From NCBI RefSeq assembly GCF_003918875.1, contig NW_025767048.1, positions 868,001-932,000 on the forward strand: DNA of 64,000 nucleotides. The letters run 5' to 3'. The DNA is from Haliotis rubra (Eukaryota). The position numbers and the translations under genes are program-made. The notes below the pieces were generated by a model. That model saw nothing but the letters and a program-made list of their open reading frames with translations. It searched no databases and was not told the origin of the DNA. Of the stretch, positions 52,301 to 64,000 are shown piece after piece (the stretch's first letter is position 1; every line of letters begins with the position of its first letter).

Positions 52301-52347
52301 AAGATGATCGCTATAGAGGCAGACAGGGAGGGCGATGTACCTATCAT
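31370..52347 (-). CDS. Gene D: SVEP1/uninflatable-like multidomain type-I membrane protein, about 1,520 aa, 27 exons, one apparent 1-bp frameshift
   Basis: Exons 52347-52279 (signal-like), 51923-51755 (CCP-like), 51587-51456 (RHKR peptide), 51167-51032 + 48082-47958 (HYR), 47697-47527, 46840-46664 (CCP), 46301-46053 (HYR), 45601-45378 (CCP, frameshift), 44534-44346 (CCP), 44008-43535 (SEA-like, RRKR), 42628-42467, 42054-41893 (GCC2/3), 41514-41322, 40821-40631, 40304-40161 (pentraxin/LamG), 39897-39667 (EGF x2), 39332-39162 (TSP1), 38721-38518 (CCP), 37851-37567, 36988-36788 (SEA-like, RRKR), 36422-36264 (GCC), 35253-35218, 35065-34972 (TM), 34840-34832 (9 bp), 34543-34420 (PPPY), 31459-31370 (terminal, tentative). 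Splice phases are all compatible once 1 nt is restored at 45428-45432. Confidence 0.85.
31940..32420 (+). mobile_element. Probable SINE with conserved core and (ATA)n tail
   Basis: B-box-like gggatcgagtcc, core cagtccacccagatgtgaatgggtacc, 3' aagcgccttgagcatg...ataataataat. Confidence 0.5.
32802..34306 (-). mobile_element. Tc1-family (DD34E) transposon, near-intact transposase split by one frameshift
   Basis: ORFs 34018-33575 (HTH, GRPR) and 33818-32982 (TDESRF, QQDNARPH, SPDLSLIEHVW); imperfect TIRs with TA flanks; in the last intron of D. Confidence 0.93.
35463..35631 (-). mobile_element. Full-length SINE family 1 with 13-bp TSD
   Basis: GATGAAGTGGAAC at 35450-35462 and 35632-35644. Confidence 0.92.
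35636..35734. repeat. Near-perfect 99-bp palindrome (48-bp arms, 3-nt loop, 2 mismatches)
   Basis: AAGTGGAACAC...CAGTAGTAG-CAA-CTACTACTG...GTGTTCCACTT. Confidence 0.92.
48800..50790 (+). mobile_element. Degenerate non-LTR retrotransposon (RT ORF2), antisense in a D intron
   Basis: SYRGITL, EQNGFRRGRST, FVDFRKTYD, LAYADD, and C-terminal LRVETERY..RVCFNC..ECHVLFQC; multiple stops and frameshifts. Confidence 0.9.
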
Positions 52348-53765
52348 GACAGCCCTGCAAACAGCAAGATCATGTAAGCAGAAAAAATCAGATAGTGAGT
52401 GAGTGAGTATGTGATTGAGTGATCGAGTGAGTGAGCGAGTGAGTAGGATTTTACTATAACGTCGGTTTACACTATAACAGTAACATATATTTATTATCGT
52501 ACATATAATACATCAAAATATCAATCGACATACGTACGAACCCTAAAATCATTCAAAAACACATAAACTTCTAAAACTTAGCTACCAATTACATTGCCTC
52601 GTGCCCTGCCCGCATATATATGTAAATGAACATGAAATTCATCCAAATTAGATCACATATTTTATGAAATATCATTGCTTTGAAAATATTAGCAGCAACA
52701 TGTACTAACCGTGTTCTTCGGTGACCATATGTGGTACGTGCGAGAACAGCGCAAATGTATACCTGTAAGATTTGACTGCTTGCCAGCTTTTAACAGGTAA
52801 CCTCCCACTGATTTGCATAACCGGTTTAGGAAACACCTGTGATAAGGTACAAGCAAAATCTGGCAGTCACTGAAGTTTTAACATGAAAGATTTTAGTCAC
52901 GGGCGTAATTAAACACATTCCTCCCACCGTGTGTATTTTAAGCAATGAAATAATGTAACGCCAATAAGGGTTAAGGCTCAACCACTTATGTTCCTACGTT
53001 CAAAGACAGTTATAAGTGTGAAACCTTGTTATACCGAATCCTGTTCATTCGAAACGGCCACCATTCGGAAGATTAGAGCTTGCAACACACACATGAATAT
53101 GTTAATTTAATTTGGGTTTGACTGTAAATGTACAGTTTATATATATTCATAACTAAAGTAACACAAATTCAATGGTTATTCCACAAATGCAAATTCTGCC
53201 TTCGCATGGCTGTGTAGAATTACACCTCTTCTATAATTCAAACAATAGCACGAAATCATTGTTTGATTCCAACGATATCAAAGAATGTATTCATGAACTA
53301 CTATCAAATAGTGGCACCCCTGCAGGGACAACCAAATCAAGTGTTCACGGGAACATATTACTATATATTGAACAAGTGAGTGAGTGTGAAACGGTGTAAA
53401 ACGTGAAAAGCTGTATTAAGGCCTTATATCAGTATTAAGGCCTTATAGCTGTATTGGGACCTTAAGACTGTAACCCTCATCAAACATCTCATGACAACGT
53501 ATGACGGTCTTTGGCCGCAAAAAGATTTGAGATCCGAGTGACATACAGATGTTTCATTGTGACTTTTGTAAAGGTGAAGTCAGTCTTTTGGTCTTACGTA
53601 CTTATGGGTCCTTGATCGTAACATACACATAGAGGGACAATGGACCAGCCTGTAATATCCCAGTGTAGCTTTGAAAGCTTGCCAACTCTTATCAGCTTGG
53701 TGTTTTGATTTTACGAGTTAGCACTACCAGTCTGCACAAACCAAGAGTTCATTGCAGGTGTAACC

Positions 53766-56700
53766 ATGCTGTGGTTGATCTTGATCGCCGTCATTCCTAT
53801 CACTACATGCCAGAGAGCCGACACATGGGACAGTTGTGGATGCTACTGGGAGACATGGCAGGCCTGGTCGAAGTGCTCCAGTAGATGTTATGGCAGACAG
53901 ATACGTGAGAGGAGGGGTGTTTGTTGACACCAGACCAGAATGTGGGACATTTGAATCCTGCGACAGAGGAAATGGGGGTTGGGACAGAAGAGACTGCAAC
54001 AAACACTGTGATGCAGGTCGCTACAATGGGCAAGGATGCTCCTGTCCTCTGGGAAGATATGGAGAATGCTGTGACAGCAGTAAGTATCACCTCATCTAAA
54101 CATGTAACACATACCCTCAAGAACAATGGCGCCTATACCAGGTAGCGAGCTTATGTTTTGTTTTGTTTTGCTTGTTGTTTAATTCCGCAATATTCCAGTT
54201 TTATGACGACAGTCTGTAACTAATCGAGTCAGACAATCCATAGGAATGCATCAAGTCAGCGATCCTGTTTACGTATGTTTCTAGTTGCTGCTCTTCTCAA
54301 AGCCTATCTATCTATCTGTCAAAAGTACAAAGGTACGAAAACTGCAATATAACAGAATTACATTCGTGCTGCGTAATGTTTGACTCGTTTTCTCTTTAGT
54401 AACGACCTGCGCCAGACCAGTGTCTATTCCATACGGAAACGTTCACGGGGGGAAGGTTCCAGTATAATGACGTCATCACCTACACGTGTGACACCAACTA
54501 TAACCTGACCGGTTCCTACGAGAGGACCTGCATGGTTAACGGAGGCTGGAGTCGTTCTACACCAAGATGTCTCTGTATGTATAGCATTAAGCTGTGTTAT
54601 ATTTAGAGAATAACCCAAGAGGTACCAGTGATGACAGGAAATATGTCCCTCGTGAAATTAATAAATGAATAAAAAATCATCTTGCAGTATCGTTCGATAT
54701 CATTTCCGGCTACACTTTTAGTGTACACCTTGCAAGTTCTATTTCACCATGTTTAGTCTCTTTCACATGTACACGCGAAAGGAATTTAGTGGATGTATTA
54801 TTCTCGTTCCACGTCCAGCAATGAATACGTCCACCTTGACCAGGTCATTGACGTTGATTGCAGTTAACTGGGTAGCCTTGTTTGTTTACAAAATACGGTT
54901 AGACATTTTTTTACTATAAAACACGTTGTTAAGTAAACGACGTCATATTGTTAATGACGTATGAAATGAAGCATTAAATAAGCATCAAAATCGAAAACCT
55001 GTATGTTTCTTGTTGATATTTTAAAATCTCGAATCACTGTGATTACATTATTATTATTATTATTAAATTAGTTCCGGCATCCAATAAAAATGTACAAATA
55101 TACGATCGACCAAACAACGTCGAGAATCAATAAATTGCACATTGTGCAACTATCAAAAAGATATTACACGGGGTCTCCTCGCCCGTTTGGGTAATAAATG
55201 AAAATAATCATGATTGCTGCATTTAATTATAGCTGTGATGAAGGTTTGTTGTTTAACGCCACATTCAGCAATATTCAAGCTATATGACGGCGGTGTGTAA
55301 ATAATCTGGACCAGACAACCCAGTGATCAATAGCATGAGCATCATTATACACAATTGGGATACAATGACATGTTTCAACCACCCGATCTCGTTAGTCGCC
55401 TTTTACGACAAACATGGCCCGGGTTGCTGAAGACCAGTTCTAATCTAATCTTAACGAGTCGAAGCTTTTACATGTAGGTATGGATGACATGCACTCAACA
55501 AAACTACGATTCCTGAAACCCGGATACATACAAGATCTTGGTTTAGCTGGGACTTGTTGGAATCCGGAATCTCTGCCGTTGAAGTGCATTGACTTGCATT
55601 GTGTTGTTATCCTTCATGATATTGTAATGTTCCTGTAGTCGAGACATTTTATCAGCATTTTCTGAAGTGTATGCATTTCTTCATATCTGATATAATGCAC
55701 CTCTCACATATGCCCTGTTCTGTTTCCAGTCGCCGAGTCGTGTAGGAGCGGCCCGTGTCAGAATGGCGGCACATGTGTGGATGGTCTGGCCAGGTACGAC
55801 TGTGTCTGTGGAAGCGGCTGGACTGGGAAAAACTGTGATGTGGGTAAGTAGGTTTAAGAAACAGACTGCTATTCCACAAAAACTGCATAAGCATTAGCAT
55901 TGAAACCATACTCGTTAACACAGGTAAACTGCCTTTAGCATAATTGCTAATGTTCGTTTCAGATGTGCAAGCTCCAGTGGTTGACCAGTGTCCTTCTAGT
56001 GTCCGTTTGACTACTTCATCTCGTGAGATGACCTACACATGGACAGTTCCTGTCTTCTCTGATCCCCATGGCAACCCCGTGAAAACGTCCTCTGATTATG
56101 ATAGCAACAATTTTACTTTCCCCTGGGGAGACTTCACCGTCCTCTACACTGCAGTGAAACCCAGCAACGGCCTTGAGACGAACTGCAGCTTTACAATCAG
56201 TGTCAGACGTAAGGCCGCTTGTTGAATTGGTCATAGATGTATCACGCCGAAGACCTGGGTTCGATTCCCAACATGGGTAAAATATGTGAAGCCCATTTCT
56301 GGTGTCCCCCGCCGTGATATTACTGGACTATTGCTTAAAGCGGCGTAAAACTAATTCACTGATCTTGCAACAGAAAGTAACAATAGTCTGATATTAAGTG
56401 ATCTGTCCTGACAGCCAACAGTGATAATTGTATCAATGTAATTATTATTTCAATGTCTTCGATCTTTCTTATCTTTTCTTTTCATGGGATACATATACAA
56501 CGTATGTATTTATGTTCCGGGTACAGCCAAACCGTGTCCACCCATCGTTGCCCCGAGCGACGGTTACGTCCTGTGTAACGGATGGAGAGCAGACTATGGG
56601 CAGTACTGTCTCGTTGGATGCAACGCGAACTACTCTCTCCCACGCAGTTTTGACGCGAGACAGTGGCTAGTGTGTGGCGCAAGTGGACACTGGGCTCCAG

Positions 56701-57242
56701 ATTTGTTTCCACTACGATGCAAAGGTGAGTGACACGAATTGTATATTCTCGTCAGTCACATTTTATTAAACACACAAGAATATTTTAAATTACCACAGTG
56801 ACTTACCATATAGTTTACAATGTTATATGTCCAGGATTAGAATCACAATACGCCTTATATGTAGTATGATTTTACGCCGTTTTAACCATATTCCATCAGA
56901 ATCATGGCGGGGGTCACCAGAAATGGGCTTCACACATTGCACCCATATGGGGATTCGAACCCGGGTCTTCGAGCGAACACTTTAATCGCTGGGCTGCTGC
57001 CACGTTAATGATATTAGCAGATTGTGTTCTATTCATACATGCATTATGATTGCTTCTTATTTTTCACAGTCGGAGATGCAGGTGGCCATGTGGTGTTGAC
57101 GCCTGGAGACTGTCTCAGCGGGACTCACAAGCAAAAGGAAGACTTCATCCATGCTCTCAAACGGTCGCCTTTCAACTCTGTGTGCATTGACAACCCTACT
57201 ATCTGCTCCCCTGACAATGTCAATGTTGTATGCGGGGCATAG
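53766..57242 (+). CDS. Gene C: secreted signal-TSP1-EGF-like / CCP / EGF / HYR / CCP / half SEA-like protein (about 405 aa if two +1 G frameshifts are errors, otherwise a pseudogene)
   Basis: Exons 53766-54079, 54400-54574, 55730-55843, 55963-56208, 56527-56724, 57070-57242. Exons 1 and 2 are each 1 nt longer than in A, from an extra G at 53914-53917 and 54447-54452. Confidence 0.75.
54600..55197. mobile_element. About 600-bp insertion unique to a C intron, probable non-autonomous transposon
   Basis: Absent from homologous A and B introns; weak inverted ends (atttag..aataaccc / gggtaataaat). Confidence 0.5.
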
Positions 57243-58869
57243 ATGGTGGGCAGATACGAATGTTATAATCAGATAAATTTCATATCTGACTATCGTCTGA
57301 ATGCTGATGAAATAATTGATAGAACTATTAAGAAAATATATTTTATTTGACAGTCGTAAACATAAAATGTATGGTATATTTTAGCAAATATAGCATTTAT
57401 TTTGATTGAACAGGAATTATTGGTGTGCTGCGTTGTTACCTTGATTTTCTATCTTCGGCTCATACCTTTTGGATGACATGTGCCTTGAAAAACATACTTT
57501 TTATAAGTAGTTATGCTTGACATGCACGTCACTATACGACACGACTTTAGTCCCAGGTTCGCCTCCCCAATCCATTAATCACATCTGACGTGCTGGCGTT
57601 AACAAAAAGAAGTAGCCATTACTCACATTTGATGAGTTGTCCTAAACAAAATAAGAAGCCATTACTCACATTTGACGTGCTGCCGTAAACTAAATAAGAA
57701 GCCATTACTCACATTTGATGTGCTGGCCTAGACAAATCAAGAAGCAATGACTCAGAGGTTGTTTCATAAAGGTTATAATAGTCAAGACCCCCAGTCAACA
57801 CTTCATATACAACATGGAAAAACGGCATCGCAAGACATATTACTTATACCCTCCATATAGTCATATATATCCATATCTAAATCATCGTTGTTTGTATAAT
57901 TATGTTTTCCCTTACGGCGCACCATACATTGGTTTCAGATATGCACGTGATAGATATATTTGCTTAATGACGAGCATCACGTGCAATACGCGTATCTGTC
58001 ATTATGCAAATATAAACGTTCAGTAAACTGTCCTTACAGATTAATAACATGGCAAATCAACAGTCTCTTTTGAGGATGGACGATCCTTTCCTGACAAGCT
58101 GTATGTAAAAACATCTATACCTTTAGAACATTAGCGAAGCATATATGTGCATCTTCAGCGGCTTAGGTGGCATGAGTGAAACATACTGACAACTTTTGTA
58201 TGAATTAACTAAAGGCATACTTGATTTTACCCAGAATCAAAGTGAAATGTGTGTCCAAAGTTAAGTGTGTCCAAAGTTCATGCAGTTAACATTTCGCCTA
58301 ATTACTTGTTTACAATGTTGAAAAAAGAATTGGCAAAATAGAACAGAACACATAAGGAAAAAAAAAGACTTGAAGAATACTTCATCCTTTATCATCCTGA
58401 ATTATTTCACAAACTGTGATTGGTTACAGACTCTTTGGACTACGTTTACCTTGGTAAATAATATATACTACTCAAAGTTCGCAAATGATCACCAGTTTCA
58501 ATGATATTACATCAACTGTATGCTTCCGGCGAAATAGCTAAATGAATGTTGAATGAATAAAAGTCTGCCGTCATGTACAAGTCAATGCCACATATAACTT
58601 GTGATCAATAGTAAGCCTGATCGTCCGTCAAAATGAGAGGATCTGAGAAAATGGAAACGTAAAAAAATTCAGAAAATAATAAAACACCTCTCATTTGTGT
58701 TTATGTGACCCACTTGATGTGTGGTCTCAAAGGTCAGTTCGAATATCTCTACATTTGATCGTGTCTGGGTTGAAGAAATCTGTACATTCTTTATAATCAA
58801 AGTCAGCACTCAACTTATTTCTCATATTTATTTTCTCAGAGAAAAGAAACGTAATTCTTTTATTCAGAG

Positions 58870-59200
58870 GTACAAACCTTCCACAAGGCTGTTTGGCAAA
58901 ATGGATGATTTCCAGTTTCCAATAATCAACTTGCCGTTCATGTCGAGCAAAATTCCAATGGCTTCAGTGTTTGGTGTTTATATTTTCCAACATTCGAGAT
59001 AAAATCGAGCATGCTCGCTTAACCAAGGTCTCAAAGAGCGTCCTTCTTAGAACTTGTTCGATCAAGGTTACAACATTCAAGGCCTCAGTTATGCTTTCTA
59101 AACGTTTTAAGGCAGATGCTTGGAGGGCAATTCAAACTTTGATGCATCAGTGGCGAAACATAATGTCCATTGCAAATCCCTATTTTGACTTCTTTGAGCG
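58870..59200 (+). mobile_element. Penelope-like C-terminal RT remnant
   Basis: LFGKMDDFQFPIINLPFMSSKIP..FGVYIFQ; partly shared with 17530-17700. Confidence 0.65.
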
Positions 59201-62200
59201 ATTTTTCAAGTGAACAATTGCTTTTGCATACGTTAATGGCGGCGGTCACCAGTGTGCCACGATCGTAATTGATACTGATTGACAGACACATGACCTACCA
59301 TCGTACCTCATAATGCCAGTCACACCAATGTCTGGCCCAGATTAGATTGTTTACTGCGTCTGGTGTTAACCAATCACACAGATACTCATAAAATAGCCGA
59401 ACCTGTATAATGGACTCTGATTTTAACAAAGAATACTTGTGGAAGTGAAGAGGCTTTTGTGGATTTTATATATCTATGGTTTAGTATAGTTTAGTAAAAC
59501 GTATAGTTTGTTGTATTGTATTTTTTTTATTACATGTCAATGGTTTTGTACTGGGCGGACGTCCTGGTTCAAACGATTACTAACTTATCAGAATGATTAA
59601 ATACATTAAACCTCATAAATGATTTCTAGTTGCTATCAACTTTGAAAAAAACATCCTGTTCGTGACTAAGTTACAATCTAATCAAGGTGTAACCTATCAC
59701 TTTGAAAACGGTTTTGATAAAGTCGCTTGCTATTCCAAGATCGTCTACAAGATCCATGCGGCTGAGAATAAGCACGTAACATCAGGAGAGGCAACATTCG
59801 AATTAAACCATGATTTAAGATATGCCACCACAGATTAGAATCAGACCAACGGATCGAATCAACCAGTTCCAAAATCATGGTCTCCAGCTTACGAAAAAAA
59901 ATATACAACATACACAATTAACAGTAGCCATCCGCATGTACATGTGAACAAATTATACCCAAGAAAATTATAAACTTGACACACGTATTATTGGTAATAA
60001 TTATTGTGAATTGGTGATTTCTTGTCATGTTCTTGTCGTGCCATACACACGGGAATGGCATGTAGGCTGAGTCACGTGAATACCATAGCGATTTCATGCA
60101 AGCATGCAGACATTGCTCAAGAGGAAAACGCATCAAAAATGCAAATTAAATGAAAACGCGAGTATGAAGCAAGATCATGGTGCTGATCTAGTCTACCAAG
60201 GGCGACAACTAGCGCACAGGACCTTTTCATCAGAAAGACTGCGTTAGGAAACAGTGGTCAGCTTCATAAACCTAAAGGTGTTAGAACAAGTGGACAGACG
60301 ATATCTCAAGACTGGAACTTGACAACGCTGCAAGAGGTCGTCGGTATCAAGAGCGGCTGCGCTTTACCTGCGGTCGTTGTGCAAATGTTGTGTTCGGATG
60401 AATCAAAGATACATTTCGATTCATACAACAATGTTCCACAGCTAAAGCGACATCTAGAAGGAATTATCATGAAACAGAATGAAAACAAAGATACTCTCCA
60501 AAACGCTTTCTAAATCATCCCCCTTTACAACCAGTATGAAGTACATATATCTTGATGCTATATCGTGATACGGTTAAATACGTTTTGTGAGATATCTCCT
60601 TTGCGCCTCTTTAGTTGGTAATCAGTTGGGTGCGGTCGCGCACGCACGCACGCACACTTCTCTAAAATCCTGGATCCGCCCCTGGTTTATGTGCAACTTC
60701 CGTGGCCATATGGGTAATATCAGCTTGCCATTTCGGAATATAACCACTTCCTACTTCCTAGTAGCTTTACTTATTCATCTGTGCGTTGCTTTTCCATACT
60801 TCTGTTATTATGCCTTGCTATTGCGCAAAGTTTATTATTTAGGTTCTAATAGTAAATAAGTGCAATGCCATGGAGTATGGCTTATTTTCGAAACTGATGA
60901 GTGAGAGGAGGGGGGGAATATATTTTACTGTTAGAGATCAAAACCTTCCCGAGAGAGAAAATCGATAACCAGTCAACTTGTCCCTTCGCAAGTACTTCCT
61001 GGTACACGGAGTGACACATTAATCATCAGATACATAGGTCTGTGCGACCCATTGTGCATTTGTTTGGTAAGTGCTATATCTACCTATCAATGCCGGAGAG
61101 AATTAATAGATTATCTAATCCTTGTTTATCAGGCGTAAGTCTCGAAAACTGTCTGCGGTTCTTTAAATGTCATGAAAGAATGAACTATTCTAAATTAATT
61201 ACAACATGTATTATGTTTGACGTTATTATCTCTCCTTAAATCAAGTTTTTTTCAATTCAAAAACAAATTCAACACAAGCCGCTGTGTTCTTTGTTGTTTG
61301 TAAGTCTGGACATGCGCATTTGCAAAGCCTTCTTTTATGTTTGGAAAGCACGTGAATTGTGTTGAGACGTCAGTCATGTATCAGTGTACCATAATCAAGA
61401 ATTATGTTTTGATTTATAGGGCGAAAATCTGTGATTCAACTGTACATTCAAATGAAGGAAACACGTATTTACATGGTAATACTACTCCTTTGATTGCCAG
61501 TGTTATAACGGATATTGCTTGAATGTTATGCAAAGTAATGTCACAGGTCCTATATCTGGCCAAGGATGCTTATATCGCTGCCAATGCGTCACGATAGGTA
61601 AAATGTCCTCTCTTTTCTTACCACCTTTATAAGCACTGACGTGAGTCAATGAATTCATGAATGACCCACACCAAGCCTATACTTTCGTCCCTTGGAATTA
61701 AAAAAAATATGATTTTCTGGTTCGAATTCCTGATTATATGTCCAGGTTGGCCAGCTGTAGGGCATTCCGCTTAAAGTGATAAGAGTAGACCTAAGCAAGC
61801 TTCGAGCTTTTCTCCCACAGCAAACACCTTGTGTTAGAAATGAGACAATGTCCAAAGCGGTGTTTAACCAGACTCACTTAAGGGACGCTATTTAAACAAA
61901 TTTAAAATCGCAGTTTGCGATAGAACAAAAAGAGGAGCAGGGACATGATATTTGGAAGTTATTCCGCATTACTGCAAATTTTAACTGTTCGTATTGCACG
62001 ATAATACAAGGTTTCTATGAGTGAGTGTTTGATTGTTTATGCTAAGAACAGTCAGGTTCCGTCTCTGAGAATAGCTTGGTAAACATGTGACCATAACGAA
62101 TCATTTGAAACGCTGCCAACTCACCTCTACTGGCTTCTGTGCACAATGACTGACGGCTTGAGACATCCAATCAAGTAACACTACAAGATAGGAAATAAGA

Positions 62201-62927
62201 TTCAACAGCACTTGTGTCACACAGTAACGTTTCGAGGCCGATAACAGAGATGTTTAACAAAGTTTATCCTCTGTTGATGGTATTTGTGCTCTCAAGAGCC
62301 GCGCAGAGAGACATTCTAAACTTCAAGGTAAGATAAAAATAAATAAACGTCTGCTCTTTATGTACAATCATGAATACGTACATTTTAACTACAGCTAATG
62401 CTCGTAAATTTGTAAATAGTCATACTACAGGTAGATGTATTTGATCAAAGTTAAGATTAAGAGAGTTAATACTGTTAAAATTGACACAGCATTTAAGACA
62501 TTTTAAGCTTGAATATCTGCTAGATGGTCCATTTCCAGTTGTCATGGCGGCATTTTAAGTCATACATAGGATGATGATATTATGGTATTCTACAGTGACG
62601 TGTCACATCTGTAATAATGACGTAGAAAGAGAGAGCGGAGGACTTTTGAATTTTACAATGTCGATAAAGATTATGTGTTAGTATTCCTTTAATTATCGGG
62701 CATCCCATACTACAGAATACAGCAAAATCTGGAAACAGGTAATATTGTTCCTCCTTATTGTCATCAGCGTTCAGTTTGAGAAACACTCTTGAGTGCGATT
62801 ACACATCATTTATAACTGAACACCGTGCCTGATGTTTGCTTCGTGTATAACACAAGCTTCCATACATCTTGTGAGATATCTGATTGTCGAAGGAGATGGG
62901 GTGATTTGGTAGCCGACTTTGTTTCAG

Positions 62928-63735
62928 TCATGCCCGTGGCACCCTGACGTGAATCCTCCCTTGGAGTCTTGCAACTTAAACAACGGTACTGTCGTGTTAT
63001 CTCACAACAAGACACAGATACTGGAGCCAGGCACTCAGTGTGATGTAGTTTGCCAGACTTCCGGAGAACCAGGAACTGCGACCTGTGTGGATGGAAAATG
63101 GGACATAGCATGTCAGAGAGGTAAGAACCAAAGGGTTAAGATTAAATATCCGTTAACGAAATAGTCAGATATATAGAAGCCAACACATGATTACATAGCT
63201 TACAATTCATAGACCATACAACGTTAACTTTGTTTTATTTGAGTAAGGGGAACTGATTAGTTGAGCATATACATTGTTTATATGTGCGAGATTGTTAGCA
63301 AAGTGTTTTTAATCAGGAACACAATGCACGGTAGACATCAGTACCTGCATGATCATGAGCCTCCAGACTTGTTCGTTACAAAGGAACTTATTGGTTCAAA
63401 TACCGCTAAGAAGTCAAAGGTATAGGTTTCTAATATCGGTAATACACCTGAGTATATTTGAAACTTGACTGTTTGTTTAGTGGAACAATCACTGGTTTAG
63501 ATCATGATGTGAGTATAACTGAAAAATTATCTTTACGCCAGTTTGGCAGTTCCTGATTTTTCTCCCGGTGTAGATGCCTCACCATACTGTACATTTTCTA
63601 AAGTCTTTTATCGTTGTGTAGGTGTGACAAGCACATTTTTGCAGAAGGAAAACGCGCAGAGAGAGAAACGCTTTCTTGGAATATTCGTAGCGGTAGCAAT
63701 TGGATGCATGATATTTTGCCACCATCGACCAAGAG
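62928..63735 (+). CDS. Gene E: 5' exons of another large SVEP1-like paralog, continuing beyond the window
   Basis: Exon 62928-63120 (CCP-like, phase 0-1) and exon 63622-63735 (REKR-FLGIFVAVAIGCMIFC, phase 1-1) match D exons 2-3 in order and phase; start/signal exon not identified. Confidence 0.7.
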
Positions 63736-64000
63736 GTAACATGTGCCCACTAAATTATAATACATTGTGGATTAGATTCATCACTCCAAATAGAGTTCCC
63801 TTGGAGTAATCTCCAGTAATGTGAACAGGACTGATTCATCCGTAACCTTAAACACAACGACATATATTTTCTTATTGTCTTTCAATTTGTAATACCGACA
63901 GGTCGATTTATGATGATCTTTAGCTGACATATTATCGTGAAGAGTTTGTGAATGTAAGTCGTGTATAGAAGAAGCAGTACTATCATGAGCCACAGGTAAT

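Noticed and set aside
62596-62738. Start/signal exon of gene E
   Set aside because: The frame compatible with the next exon contains TAG and is not hydrophobic; unresolved.
63622-63735. Endogenous viral envelope gene
   Set aside because: The REKR-FLG motif sits in a spliced cellular exon following a CCP-like exon; no LTR, gag or pol context.

Overview
AT-rich, intron-rich animal genomic DNA, not prokaryotic. The SINE families suggest a mollusc, probably abalone-like (inference). The window holds a tandemly duplicated cluster of SVEP1/uninflatable-like extracellular genes, which I reconstructed exon by exon from splice sites and phases. Right unit: gene D (minus, 52347->31370, 27 exons, ~1,520 aa type-I membrane protein: signal, CCP-like, RHKR+hydrophobic peptide, HYR, CCPs, SEA-like, GCC2/3, pentraxin/LamG, EGF, TSP1, TM, PPPY tail). 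It lies head-to-head with small secreted gene C (TSP1-EGF-CCP-EGF-HYR-CCP-half SEA-like), followed by the 5' end of a second large paralog, E. Left unit, a rearranged copy: pseudogene B (copy of C), internally deleted pseudogene F (promoter shared with E), and an apparently intact chimeric gene A that joins the C/B-type N-terminus to a D-type TM and PPxY tail. One intron of A carries a 5.8-kb 26-bp satellite that exists as only ~2 units in the matching intron of D. The rest is Tc1/mariner elements, MITEs, a Helentron-like element, LINE and Penelope remnants and many SINEs. The three frameshifts in C and D all sit in G runs and may be assembly errors.
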